A stretch of 64,000 nucleotides of DNA, taken from contig NW_026889779.1 of NCBI RefSeq assembly GCF_033153115.1, positions 16,988,001 through 17,052,000 on the forward strand. The letters run 5' to 3'. The notes under the pieces were generated by a model. That model ran no database searches. It was not told where the DNA came from and saw nothing but the letters and a program-made list of their open reading frames with translations. Each line of letters starts with the position of its first letter. The stretch's first letter is position 1. Source of the stretch: Saccostrea echinata (taxonomy: Eukaryota). Shown here piece by piece: positions 51,506 to 64,000 of the stretch. The translations under genes were made by a program, and so were the position numbers.

Positions 51506-52551
51506 TCCCACAACTACATACCCCCCCCCCAAAAAAAAAAAATGGGACAACATTTAATTTCAGTTTCCAATCCAGCCTTGCATGAAAAACAGACATTAGT
51601 GGGTATATTTACCATACATTTCACAAATTTTACTAGTATTAGGAATATATACTTACAATCTGCTATTCTAGTCTGTGTGTTAACCAGTAGGTTGGGTTGA
51701 TGTAGTGCAGATGATTCCACTAGTTGTTTTGACTGATTACTTAGTTTAAGGAAGTGTAAAACTCACCCAGTTTATCATCCTTTTTCCTGTGCATAAACTA
51801 ATATATTCAATTACAGTGAGCACTTCAGTATCCTTAAGCAAAGACTAGCTCTGCATATCTGTTATAATAAGATATTAAGCATGTATAAAATAGGCAAGGC
51901 TAGTCTTCCTGTTAGCACTTACAACCAAAGCAGACCAAAATTTCCCCATCCAATTCTAAGTTGCCAACCAAATTTGTATATTAAAAAAAATTCATAGTTA
52001 TTTTTTAGTGGGAATATTGTTTTTGAATATGGTTTGATAAATTATTAATCATAAAATCCCTCTCAAAAATCAGACCTCAGAAGCATCCCTTTCACCCCTC
52101 CTTTCCAATTTTTTGAGAGTCCCAGATATAGCTCATTTGGTTCAATATATACACTATTTGAGATACAAATTAATCTTAAGAATCAAGATTTCCGTATGGT
52201 GTTCTTAAAATGGAATTTGTTGAGTATGTTCTGACATGACTTATACTTCCTGCATCGCTAATCTTAATCTGCCACACATTGTCAAAATAACACAGTAGAA
52301 GATCCCATAAGAAGCATTTAATGTAAACAAAAGTCAGTGCAAGCATACAATCAGATAACTAGAGGAAAAAACAACTTAACAGAATAGTGATAAGATTTAA
52401 AAGTGCTAAGTTTTATAATAAAGATGATTTACGGTAAACAAACTGAATAAAGTGGGTATTATATTCAGCCAAATACGGTAAACCTTTTCTTTGCATATGA
52501 AAGCAATCATAAAAAAAAGTATCAAGTTAATTAACTAGTTATTTAAAATCA

Positions 52552-55113
52552 TCACTGATAATAAGTATGGTACATGTACTGTTTATCTATAATTCCCTTG
52601 TGACAGGATAGAATTAGTTTGGGAATTGTCATATTTTTAGAGCTCAGACTGACTGGTGTTTCTTTCTTGCTACTTAAATCTACAAGTGTCATTTTGGAGT
52701 AAGCATCTGGTTTCTGTTCACTGCCAGTTAACACCACCATGTTTCCTCTAAAGTTTGCTATATCTATTACAGGACGCAAGGCTTTGGACAGAGTATGATC
52801 TAGAAATTTTATCTTAACCCTTACTTCTTCATCTTTTTTGCTTTTGATTTCTACATTATGAATTTTACAATCAGATGATAGGAGGATGTTTTCACTGCCT
52901 ATTTTTAGTAACTTAAATGGAGGAGAAATGTCACTTGGAATTTGGCCCACTGTTGAAGATTCTCTTCTTCTGGTGTCAAAAACTTGAATATCACTTGACC
53001 ATGTTCCATCCTGCTGAAAACCTCCAAAAATGTAAATTTTCTCCCCAATTACAAAGGAAGCTGCGGAATGAACAGCAGTTGAAATTTCTCCAATGCTTTC
53101 CCATTTACGACTTCTGATGTTGTAAGACTCAACAGAACTCAGTACATGTGTCCTGCTGTCAGCCCTTGATTTGGGGTTCCTGCCTGCTACCACAAAGATG
53201 GACTCCCTGACAGCAGCCATAATGTGTCCACTTCTTCCTCTCTTCATCTGGGCCTCACACAACACCCATTCATTTCTATCACTGTCAAAATGAAGCAGGC
53301 TCTTTGAGTTATTGGTTCCTCCAGCAAGATAGAGATCATTCCGGAAAGAAACCATTCGAAAATCTGTTCCAGGATTGTCTTTTATTGGAATTGGACAGAT
53401 GGTATACCACCGAGCCTGCTGGAAGCTGAAAGCCCAGAGACACTTGCCATCCTGATACATCTGAGCTGTTCTCTCCATGTCAAATTCTGTCACGATCAGG
53501 ATTACTTCCTCAAGGTCATCGCTGTTGCGGAGATGGAACCTCGGGGAACAGTATTCCTGCTGTCTTGCGGGAAGCATATGGAAATTTCTGGCTTCATCCA
53601 AATATCTTTTACAGTTTGCATCTTCAGTTAAGAGATCATCAGTATATAGTTCATTGATGAGATACTCTGGACTAATCTGTATCATTCTGATGTGTTTGAA
53701 AAGTTTTCCAATGTATTGTTTTCTGTTTGCTTCATCTCCTCGTACCCAGCGTAAAACTGCTTCACATATTTCTTCTTCACTTACGGGAACTAAGTCATCA
53801 TCCTTAACAATGCTCTGGAATTCATCAAATTCTAGGTCCACAAATTCTTGAGTTTTCCAGAGGCCATTGAATCCTTCCAAGACATATGGCTTGCATTTCT
53901 CAAAGAGAGTATTGCATCCAAATGCTCTGGAAATTTTAAACAGTTCCAAGCAATTTTCATTATCCATTCCAGTCCCTAGGAATTGCTCACAGCTCTTTTG
54001 CAGTTCCTCAACCTAAAAATAAATACATATAGATCTCAGTAATTCATGGAATCAATTACATTTTAGACATTGGCATAGTTTTTATTATGTCAGTTTTAAG
54101 TGCACTTAAATCTGAAATGCCGAAAAATTAAGATAGAAGATAAGTAGACCAGAATAGTATAGATCTCACCTGAAATATGGCAGCTGCCCTCAGTAATTGT
54201 ACAACATTATCTTGGGTTATATTTTCTATTCCTGTGTATATGTACTCTCTGAATGCAGCAAATATTTCTTTCTCAATGTCTGGAAGCTCAAGGCGACTTC
54301 CATGTTGTTCCATCATGCCTGAGCTGAACATGGACTTGAAATATGGAGAACCTGCAAGGAGAATGATGGTCAATTGATTCACATATATTTGCAAGACATA
54401 ATTAATACATGTACTACCATTATAATACCCTTATAGTTATACATTTAATTTAACTTTTAATGTGTCTTGGCAAGACATACATATTTTACCTGTATTAGAA
54501 CTATTTTAACAATGAAAAAAGGAAGTTTGTTCTCTTGATCGACCGACCGATTGAAAAATAATAATTAAAAAAAAATAGACTGAAAGGTTTTTACCCTCTT
54601 CAATTTTTTTTAATAGTTCTACCAATATCAATATATGCAATCTTTCAATTTTAGGGTCAAGAAAGGTGAACTACAGAGAAGATATTTCTGTCATCGATTC
54701 TTTTGTCTAGCACTATCTGGCAAACAGCCGTCAGTGTCTCACAGATAAATAATCAAAAATGAAAGTAGAATATTTGCTAGTTCAGCGAAAGCATTATTTT
54801 TTTGCAAATTTGCATTTACATGCATGAAAGCCCTACCTGCAGACAGGAGGAGTTTGTGACAAGGAAAGCTCTGGCCCTCCACAATGATCTCAATGTCCGA
54901 GTTCTGTCCCTCCATCCCCATCTCCATGATCCCCTTCATCATGCTCTCTAGGTACCTCTGTCTGGCACTGTCTGACAAGTCCTTACCCCAACTGGAGGAA
55001 AAACTCACCCCTCCACTGGCCCCAGCCTGCTCTGCCATGCTGCCGTGAGATGAGGATGTCCTTGGTGTAAAGTCTCTTTGTCCTATAGCATTAACAGTGC
55101 AGGCTGTGCCCAT
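52552..55113 (-). CDS. Kelch-like BTB-BACK-Kelch protein, paralog 2 (~614 aa from ATG 55038 or ~639 aa from ATG 55113)
   Basis: Exons 54837-55038 (or to 55113), 54170-54351 and 52552-54012. Same intron phases and same 182-nt middle exon as paralog 1; the proteins align along their full length. Confidence 0.95.
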
Positions 55114-57329
55114 AATTCATATTTAAACTACTTCCTTGTTAGTGCTATTCAGAATGCTTTACTTGAGTGACGTGTCTAATCTTGATGATCGATTTAAATT
55201 TGACCTGACAGGGCTTGTTTTGCCTCCCTTTTTTATGTTTGTAAATTAAAATTCATTAAAAAAGATTCAAAAATACTTAAAATGATTTTTCAGACTTCAA
55301 GGAATTATATTTATTATTTATAGGTTTCCTTTGAATAAGTTCCTTCCTTGAATTACTGAATAATCAATATTCAGTTTTCCAGGAAAAACTATGTGGTGGT
55401 ACTACACAGAAATGGAAGTGTATATATATATATACATTTAAAATCATGTTTGTGAGTCAGATTAATGGTTACTGAAATAATTTTTATATACTAAAAATGT
55501 TACTTTCATTTAAAAATTAATCAGTGGCATACATGGTTATAGGAGTTTTATTATTATTTTTTTACAAACTTTTTAAGAGATTGAGCTTTTATTTAAGGAA
55601 GTTAAGACCAGCCATCATGAGGAAAGTTGAAGAAAGATCAAGTTTTCATTCCGATATTTCAAATGATTAGTTACAAATTAATTTTAAAAAATGTTTATAA
55701 TTTTATTAAGCATATAGATAGAAATTCTCCTAGAATGGATTTTGTTTTAGCATTGTGTAAACAAGTTGTCAGCATAAACAGATTATTAATAAGAATATAA
55801 AAAAATTGGACTATGCACATTTTCCAAAAAGTCAAGTTAAATGTTGGTCAACACTTGGATAGACCAACCTTGAGGCATTTGACTTTGTGGTCATATTTGC
55901 TAGTCTAAGTCTGTCACGAATCATTAGTTCGTAAACTTTAAAGAAAATAGTAATTATGGAAAATTTATAGGATATATTTATGAAATATAATTACATTTTC
56001 AAATAAATAGGAAAAAATTTGAATCTAAGGAATAATTTCAGCCCATATATGAATTTCCAACAGGCCTGCCCCCCTCCCCCCCCCCCCCTTCCAAAAAAAC
56101 ACCAAACAAACAAATAAAACAAACACAACAAAGAACAATGGTATTCCATAAGTAGACACTGGAAAATTATTCATGTAGCATAGCTCTGATATATAATGAA
56201 TATGCTGTACCGTTTGAATGATAAAGTCTATGTATTACTAAGTGTACACCCTCTACAATTTATCAAGATAAAGTTAATTCATAGTTTAGACTTTAAGATG
56301 ATAGTTTGACCTAGCACCAAAGTCATTACATTGAGGTCAAATTTAGTGTTATAGCTCAATTACAGAAAACTTAATCAGCAGCTGGTTTTAAAAAATTATT
56401 TTTTTGCCTGTATAATACACAAGAAAAAAAAACAAATTATACTTGGTATATTGTGTTAATTTGAAAAGAAGAAAGAACTTGCCAGATCTGTGTACTTAAC
56501 ATCTTCACTCGACCTCAATTATAATTGTCTCATGGCTTACCAATAACTTTAATTTTTATCTTATCATTTTGACCCAGCTATAACTTGTTTTGTAGTACTC
56601 CACACATGATAACAGAGCAACTCTAAGTAAATACCGGTATTCTCCATAGATACTTACGATTTAGAATGTCTGGAAATCTCCTGTATCTAATAGACTGAGA
56701 AAAACTGCGTGGATTAGGTGAGACATAATCCTCTGACTCCTCATAATCTCGTGAGTAGCTCATCTTAATTAATCAGCCTCTTGGTCTAGACGATCTTTTT
56801 TATGACTAGTCTTGTAACTTTACCACCTGATGAAGTTAATGATATAACCAAAGTCCAGCACATATGATGTGATTTGTAGTTCAGTTATCAGCATTTTATA
56901 TTTTATATCCTCTAGTGATTTGATAAAGCAAAAGCCAATGTTCAATTTGTTTGCTTTAGACTAAAGCAAGGCAATTAGTTATATTTTGAACTGGGAAGTA
57001 TAAATCACTTTCATTAAGCTGTACGTACCATTGATATGAGACTCTGAGTTTTAATGGGAAATTTTTAATATAAATTTATGTTTATTATGATAGGGACTAA
57101 TTTTTTATATTTTTCCAAACTGTGCAGTACATACGTAAATTGGCCAAAAGTGTAGTACCTCTTAAGTTTGAAGTGTTTCAAAGTCCTAATTATTTTGCAC
57201 ATTATAATGAGAAGTAAACAAGTTGAAGTCATTGTAACATGACCTTTGTGATGATGTAATACATTTGTAACAATTCTATTCAAGGTAACATAATGGTTAG
57301 TTAACCTACTGCTGACCTTATTATCCAAG

Positions 57330-60300
57330 ATGGCAGAAAAGGAGAATACTTCAAAGAAAAGCAAAATCACTGGACCATGTCCTTTTGGAAAAGCCAACTG
57401 GCTGTCCAAATTCACTTTCTGGTATGTCCTAAGTAAACCATTTGCTACTGAATTTTCTGGTTCAACTTTTCTACTTTGGTGGCATCATCTAGACTTAACA
57501 CTAACAAATTTAAGGGTCATTGTTGATCTGATAAGAGAGATAACTCTTGGATATATGACTATAAGTCTATTTTTCCTTTACAAAATTGTCAAGTTAAGTG
57601 ATACTGTGTGCTGCACAGTGCATTTTAATTACAGATTTGATTTCTTTTGGAAAATCATTAGTGTTAAGGTCTGACGACACGTTGCTCAAATATCTGTTTT
57701 GTATCTCTTCGTAATATACAACAAGTTAATCATAATTATCATTGTCTTGTGATTTTTAAACTGTTTTCAAAATGTTTAAGTAGATAAAGCCACAAAAAAT
57801 TGTGACATTGGCAATGCTAGTGATTTCCAATAGGATTAAATAGTAAATAGCATCCTCTGGTATTTTGCACAAATGCCTGGTGAGGTACCTTAATTTTTTG
57901 TGAGGAAACTTGTTAAAGTAGCAATACTTCAATGACAAATTCTTGGGGAAAATTATATATTATTGAGGAATGAGGAATGTGTCATCTGACCTTAAAGTAA
58001 AATTTTATATGAGTGAACAGAAGGACAGTACACCCCCCTCCCCTTTTTGATGTTTCTAGGAATTCTGGTATAATGTTTGATATAACTCTATGTATAGGTG
58101 GATGTTCCCAGTGTTCCGCTATGGCTTCAGACACCCGCTGACACAGGATCACCTCTATGATGTTCTACAGGAGGATGAATCTGGTGTGTTAGGGGATCGC
58201 ATGGAAAAGTAAGGAATAGGCTATATCCAACAAGAAGTTTCTTCATACCTTTAACATCATATGAACCTAGAAAATCACAAGTGATAAAAAGATATTCAAA
58301 GTTTTTACACAGCATCTTTCTGTATATTTACTTTTTCCAGTTTAAGATGACTGTTTAAGAAACCAAAGGTGTAAAATTGGCAGGTGTGGCCATGGAAGAA
58401 TCCAAAGGAGGGTTAAGGAGGTCTGGCACCCTCCTGGAACTTGCAATGTTTTAAATTCCCCTCCCAAAAAAAGTCCCTTGAACCCCTAAAATTCCCTGTG
58501 CCTGCATAAGACAAAGTTCCCCCATGAAAAAAAAAGTAATTTGGTAATTTAATTGGGAAAATAATTTGTGTCACTCATAAAGAAGTTGAAGCCCTTTCCT
58601 CCACCCCCAGCCAATGTTTGGTGACTCATAACTTTTTTAAGGAACATGTGCTATTATACTTTTTATTTTCTTTATCTTATTCACTATCTTCTTTTTCTCT
58701 TAGATCATGGGATGCCCATGTAAAGAGATGTGGGGAGAAGAACAAGAAGCCAAGTCTTTACTGGGCAGTGATTCTGGAGTTCAAATGGGAGTGGGGCATT
58801 AATGGCATATTCCTAGTAATCTCCGTGAGTCTAGTGGCATATTCCTAGTAATAATGTCTGTCTGCATATGACATATTTCTAGTAATGCTGGTGAGTCTAT
58901 AGTAGTACATGTATTTTCCTTCTAATCTCTGTTAATCTAGTGACTTATTCCTGGTAATCTCTGCAAGTCTAGTGGCATATTGCTAGTAATCCCTGTGAGT
59001 CTGCAGGATATGTCTGAGAGCTAGTATCATATTCTTAGTAATCTCTGTAAGTCTAGTGGCATATTCCTAGTAATCTCCACGAGTCAAGAGGCATATTCCT
59101 AGTACTCTCTGCAAGTCTAGTGGCATATTCCTAGTAATCTCCTTGAGTCTAGTGGGATATTCCTAGTACTCTCTGCAAGTCTAGTGGCATATTCCTTGTA
59201 ATCTCCATTAGTCTAGTGGCATATTCCTAGTAATCTCTGTATGTCTAGTGGCATATTCCTTGTAATCTCTGTATGTCTAGTGGCATATTCCTAGTGATCC
59301 CTATGAGACTAGCATACTAAAAATACTGCTTAATATGTTTGATGATGTGGTATTTATTTTCAACAACTACAGTGTATAGAAATACCAATTCTGTGTACTA
59401 GTACCATACATGTATATAGTATTAGCTTTATCCCTCTCATACTTCCTGTCCCTTCTTTCTTCTAGCTGTTACACTTTTAATTCCATGCATATGTAGAAAT
59501 TGATTATATTTGCTTTTGTGTTCATTGCTTTTCATGTGTTTTCTTTTTCAAAGCTTAAGACCATGGTTTTTTTTTGGTAATGTGATCAATTTTTTTGAAA
59601 AGGTTTACAAGAATATGTTTTAAATCAGACCAGAAATTTTTTTTTGTTTGTAAAAATTATCCTTGATGAACAAAGTTTCAATTTTTTGCATATGTATGAA
59701 CTTTATCCAAACTCCATCAAAATACATTTTTTTAGGAAGCAATTAGGATTTTACAGCCATTTCTGGCAGGGCAGATTGTGTCCTACTTCCAGCCGGGCTC
59801 CACCCTGTCCAAGACTGAGGTGTACATTTACGCTACTGTGATGGGGGTCAGCACCATGATAGAGCTTCTTGTCAATCCAAAATATTTTTTCACCTGTCAC
59901 CATCTTGCTCTGAAAATGAAAGTAGCTGTCGCTAGTCTTATATACAGAAAGGCAAGTTTGCTCTTTTGATATCAGAATCATGTGAAAGTATGTTTTTATT
60001 TTTTTCTCTGATATGGTTACATTTTCATGTGTTTTGATTTGTTTTTGTGTATTTATTTGTTTATGCATCAGAAATTAAATATTTCAGATCTTGAAAATGA
60101 GCAGCTGGTCAAAACATGCAACAACATCAGGAAAGATTATCAACCATTTATCAACTGATTTAGAAAAATTCACATATGTAAGTAAGATAATATTTGCAGA
60201 TGATGATCTTTTTCTGGAAACAGAAAAGGGGAGGGTTGGGTGAGATGGGGGGGGGGGGGGTTAGGAACTGTAGGTTTAATATGTGTACCTACATCTGTCT

Positions 60301-63300
60301 TTCCTGCTGTCCAACAGAAGATTTTGGGGCTCAACGTGAAATGGGCCCATAGTTTTCAGCGATGGACGATGGTACAGGGTGTCCGAAAAGAAAGGTAACA
60401 CTTTAATATTTTGATAACTTCGCTAAATCTGGGGCTATTTCTTTGAAACTGATATCATTCGAAAGGTCTCAAACGAAAGTTTTTACTATTTGAAAAAATA
60501 ATGCGCCAAAACATACGATGTTCCGACACTTTGACATCTTTCAATTAAACGTTATATGGATATGGTGCGACTCACGTCAGAACAGCATATTTTTATCGTC
60601 AAACAATTTTATGAAACAAAATGTGTAACAGACGTTAAGCGAAAGTTTAGAATTGTAATGTAAGCAGAAAACATGTCTACAAGATTATATGTAAATTCGA
60701 GCGACAAGGATCAGTAGCAGATGCTCCAAAAGCAGGTCGGCCGAGGTCAAGTCGGAGCTACGAAAATGTGAGTACGCTTCGAGAAATGCTAACAGTCCAG
60801 AGAAATCAGTGAGACGTTCCTCCTCAGAGACTGGAATCCCTAAAACTTGTGTTCATGACATATTTAGGAAAGATCTCAAACTTTTTCATGCAAGATGGTG
60901 CAACAGCACATTCATCTAATATTGTATTAGATTATCTCAATGAAATCATCAGTGATAAGGTGATTTCCCGACGATACCCTGAAGTGAAGGATTGTGGACA
61001 ATCTTGGCCTGCGCACAGTCCTGATTTGAACCCGTGCGATTACTTTCTCTGGGGTACCTCATGTCTTCTGACCAAAACCGATGGACACAAAATGCTTTTG
61101 TCTAACATCAAACGGGAAGTTAAGAAGATCAGTGAAGAAATGTGTAAAAATGTTATTAACAATTTCAAAGTGCGAGTTAGGGAAGGGTAGCTGATAATAG
61201 GACGTCATTTAGAGAACGTCATTAATTATTGAAATGACAAATATGTACTCTGTACTTTAAACGCTGTTAAAATAACATTATTTGACATATTAACTAAATT
61301 ATGCTACCAGAAAAAACTTACGTCTTTGTTTTATAGGTGTACATATTTTGATATAAATTTTTCAACATTAAATCTGCATTCCAAAAGTATGAAAGTGTTA
61401 CCTTTCTTTTCGGACACCCTGTATCATTGATATTCTAGTAATTGTTCTGGTCTCTAAATCAATATTCCTCAACAAAGTAGTAGCATGGTCTAGTGAAAAC
61501 AATGTCCATAATAATTTTTAAAGAAATATCCTTACCAAATTGTGTTAAGACGGCGATCCAGTTGCTCATTGTTGTCAAATTCATCCTCGCTTTCCTCGCT
61601 ACTTTCTTGGGTATTTACATTATTATTTATACACACTGGTGGCTCAAACGTACAGTTGAAAATCAAGATTTTCTGGAATTTCATCAACATCAGAAGTCCA
61701 TGGTGAATAAATCCCAATTTTTTGAATATCGGTCTCTGATCTAACACTGTTTTTACAATCAGCTGATCGAAGAAGGTCGCACATGGCATCACAGTACCAT
61801 GTGACTCTGTATCTAATGAAATGAACAATTCTTAAATCGGGGCGTAAATTTTGATGGATTAAATGGCTAATCATTGCTAATTTTTTTTTGCAAACTAACT
61901 ACGGGAATTAATTACAGTATGCATAAGGAAGGTTAATTGTGCATAATTTTGAGTAGTTTGGACACATGCGATAAGTCCTTTAATAAAGCTATAACCTAGT
62001 CATAAAGTATCCCAGAAGTGGTGAATGGAATAATTAACCCAAATATAATCATTTAATTATTTGAGCAGTTTAATATTTTGTAAGCAAAGCATTTCATCCT
62101 GAGTAATGTTCTCTATCTTCAGACTCTGGAGAGCTTCCATTTCTGCTGGTTGGGTCCCCTGGAGATAGGTATCATTATGTATCTATTATACAGACAGATC
62201 GGGTACATCGGTCTCCTGATTCTGGTGGTCATTGTTGTTCTTCTACCTCTCCAGGTCGTCTTAGGCTGGCTGTACGGAAAACTTAGGTCTGAACATTACT
62301 ACCTCTATATCCACTGATAGGACACATTTTAAATGTACATGAAATTAGGGTATTGAGTAGTCATTTGGAAGGGGGTTTTTTTTGTTAGTGTGTGTATTTT
62401 TTCAGGATGACAATAGGGGCAGCAGGAGATAAAAGGATTCATTTGATGAACCAGATCATTGCTGGAATGAGGGTCATCAAAATGTACTGCTGGGAAAAAC
62501 CATTCAGTGAAATCATCTTTAAACTCAGAAGGTAATGCAGATATCACAAAAACCATTCAGTGAAATCATATTTAAACTCAGAAGGTAATGCAAATATCAC
62601 AAAAACCATTCAGTGAAATCATATTTAAACTCAGAAGGTAATTCAAATATCACAAAAACTATTCAGTAAAATCATATTTAAACTCAGAAGGTAATTCAAA
62701 TATCACAAAAAACATTCAATGAAATCATATTTAAGAGCCCTCTATACACTGCACACTAAAGAGTTCTGATTTTGTGGTATTTTTATGCAGATAGAGTGAT
62801 CTGCCCTTTGATCAAGAGTAAAGTAAATTGGAATGTACAGTTTATTACTTAATTTGTGATCAAATCAAGCATTCACAACACTTTAATAGGCCAAGAGGAA
62901 TAGATAGAACACTTCATTTGCAGGTATTTTGTCCACTGAAGTAAACAACAGTGATTTCTGTTCATCAGTACTTCATTGTCTTTGAACATTTTTCCTGGGG
63001 GTAAATGCAAGGCACCCTATGATAAAAATGTGATAGATAAGCTCAATATTAACACCTTTACACACTGTAATTTTCTCAATGCCCAAAAAATATTTTCTTC
63101 TAGTGTATAGAGGGTCCTTAAACTCAGAAGGTAATTTCAAATATTGAAAAATAATATCCATACCTTACTTGTAAAGAAGATATCATAATCTCTTAAACAG
63201 TTGAACTTTATTGGTATCTTGAACATCAATCTCAAATACCATGGCTATGTCAAAGTGATTTGGAAGTCCACTTCTTATTTTTTAAGTATTTTACCCTCAA

Positions 63301-63832
63301 TATCTCAAATCATTAGATATCTAAAAGTTTTTTCTTGGTCCCAATGAGTTTGAGATAACGAGATTTGACTGTAATTTGATAGGGTGCTTTGACAAAGAGA
63401 GAATATTATTTCACTCATTGTGGTAATATTAGAAAAATACTTAGATTTTTGGTTCGAGAAGTTTATTTCCAGCATTAAGCTAATCCATACTTACTGGTAA
63501 ACTGAATGTTGGTAAATTATAATTTAGGACCATCATATTGGGATTTTTAAAAAAGGCATAGCTACATAAATGTTGATTTCAGGGCAGAGATGGCCCAGAT
63601 ATGGAAAGCTTACATCTGGAAGGCTATCAACATAGGGGTTTTCCAAACAGCCACCATGATAATTGTCATGTTTGTATTTGGATTGGCTTGGTACATGGGG
63701 GTTCCGCTCTCCACACGGAAGATCTACAGTGCCCTAGGATGGATCTTCTGTCTCCGATTGACCATCTTCTTGTTTATGATGTACATGGTGGAAGATAACA
63801 AGCAACTGTCATCAGCACTTAAACGAATACAG
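57330..63832 (+). CDS. ABCC4: ABC transporter subfamily C, MRP4/ABCC4-like; first 8 coding exons (lasso + TMD1), continuing beyond the window
   Basis: Exons 57330-57421, 58098-58208, 58704-58824, 59736-59951, 60088-60177, 62123-62286, 62406-62531 and 63583-63832 splice in frame. Motifs ANWLSKFTFWWMFPVFRYG, SLIYRK, GKIINHLSTD, HFCWLGP, GMRVIKMYCWE. No TMD0. Exon sizes 111/121/216/90/164/126/250 resemble the ABCC4/CFTR layout as I recall it. The symbol is family-level; orthology is untested. Confidence 0.92.
58803..59311 (+). repeat. 32-bp minisatellite starting inside ABCC exon 3 and spanning its donor
   Basis: gtctagtggcatattcctagtaatctct---- units at 59051, 59083, 59115, 59147, 59179, 59211, 59243 and 59275; the first copy overlaps codons GIFLVIS|gtgagt. 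Confidence 0.92.
60375..61421 (+). mobile_element. Tc1/mariner-superfamily transposon (rosa/Visitor-like), internally deleted, in ABCC intron 5
   Basis: 30-bp TIRs cagggtgtccgaaaagaaaggtaacacttt with TA on both sides. Transposase remnants: MVRLTSEQHIFIVKQF (from 60562), FMQDGATAH and WPAHSPDLNPCDYFLWG; broken by stops and frameshifts. Confidence 0.95.
62495..62733 (+). repeat. 53-bp tandem repeat duplicating the 3' end and donor of ABCC exon 7
   Basis: aaactcagaagGTAAT at 62521, 62574, 62627 and 62680; an orphan copy near 63120. Confidence 0.92.
63198..63371. mobile_element. Degenerate small MITE (Tc1/pogo-like ends)
   Basis: Imperfect TIRs cagttgaact ... gagataacgagatttgactg|ta. Confidence 0.4.
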
Positions 63833-64000
63833 GTAGAGTTTTACATAATTCCTCTAATGAATACAGTAAATCATCCATCTGAATAATAAGGCAAACACTC
63901 ACATCATCCCTCAAAAAGATGTACTTAAGACAAGATTTTATGTCATTCTTCTAAAATAAAGACTTTTAGATCATCCCTCTTATGAGTTATGAATACAGAG

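Noticed and set aside
42089-54377. Plus-strand ORFs overlapping the Kelch exons
   Set aside because: Antisense shadows of the real coding frames.
61493-61874. Acidic ORF fragments in ABCC intron 5
   Set aside because: No recognisable family and no splice support; possibly a decayed transposon piece.
41711-63832. Keap1-Nrf2 module (Kelch genes as KEAP1, ABCC as its target)
   Set aside because: The proteins lack the regular six-blade KEAP1 pattern, and I saw only isolated AP-1-like sites rather than a clear antioxidant response element.
57330-63832. CFTR orthologue
   Set aside because: The exon layout is shared across the ABCC4/CFTR group, the motifs fit MRP4-like proteins, and the diagnostic R domain would lie outside this window.

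Overview
Eukaryotic genomic DNA, probably oyster or another bivalve (inferred from a Helentron-associated element carrying ~167-bp satellite monomers). Positions 1-29869 are about 18.75 nearly identical copies of a 1593-bp unit; the array runs off the left edge. The short ORFs called in it look spurious. On the minus strand each unit is a chain of seven exon-like cassettes with AG acceptors, six consensus GT donors, pyrimidine tracts, branch-point-like YTTGAY motifs and very uniform ~103-109-nt introns. The unit is a higher-order repeat of diverged ~210-bp exon+intron monomers. I found no stop-free spliced frame and no poly(A) signal in it. Just upstream are three diverged ~1.07-kb modules; two have ETS + YY1 motifs and a donor facing the array. 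The best reading (inference) is one very long spliced non-coding transcript with about 131 exons in this window. The rest is AT-rich DNA with two tandem 3-exon BTB-BACK-Kelch genes (minus strand), the first 8 coding exons of a divergently oriented ABCC4/MRP4-like transporter (plus strand), DNA transposon remnants and minisatellites.
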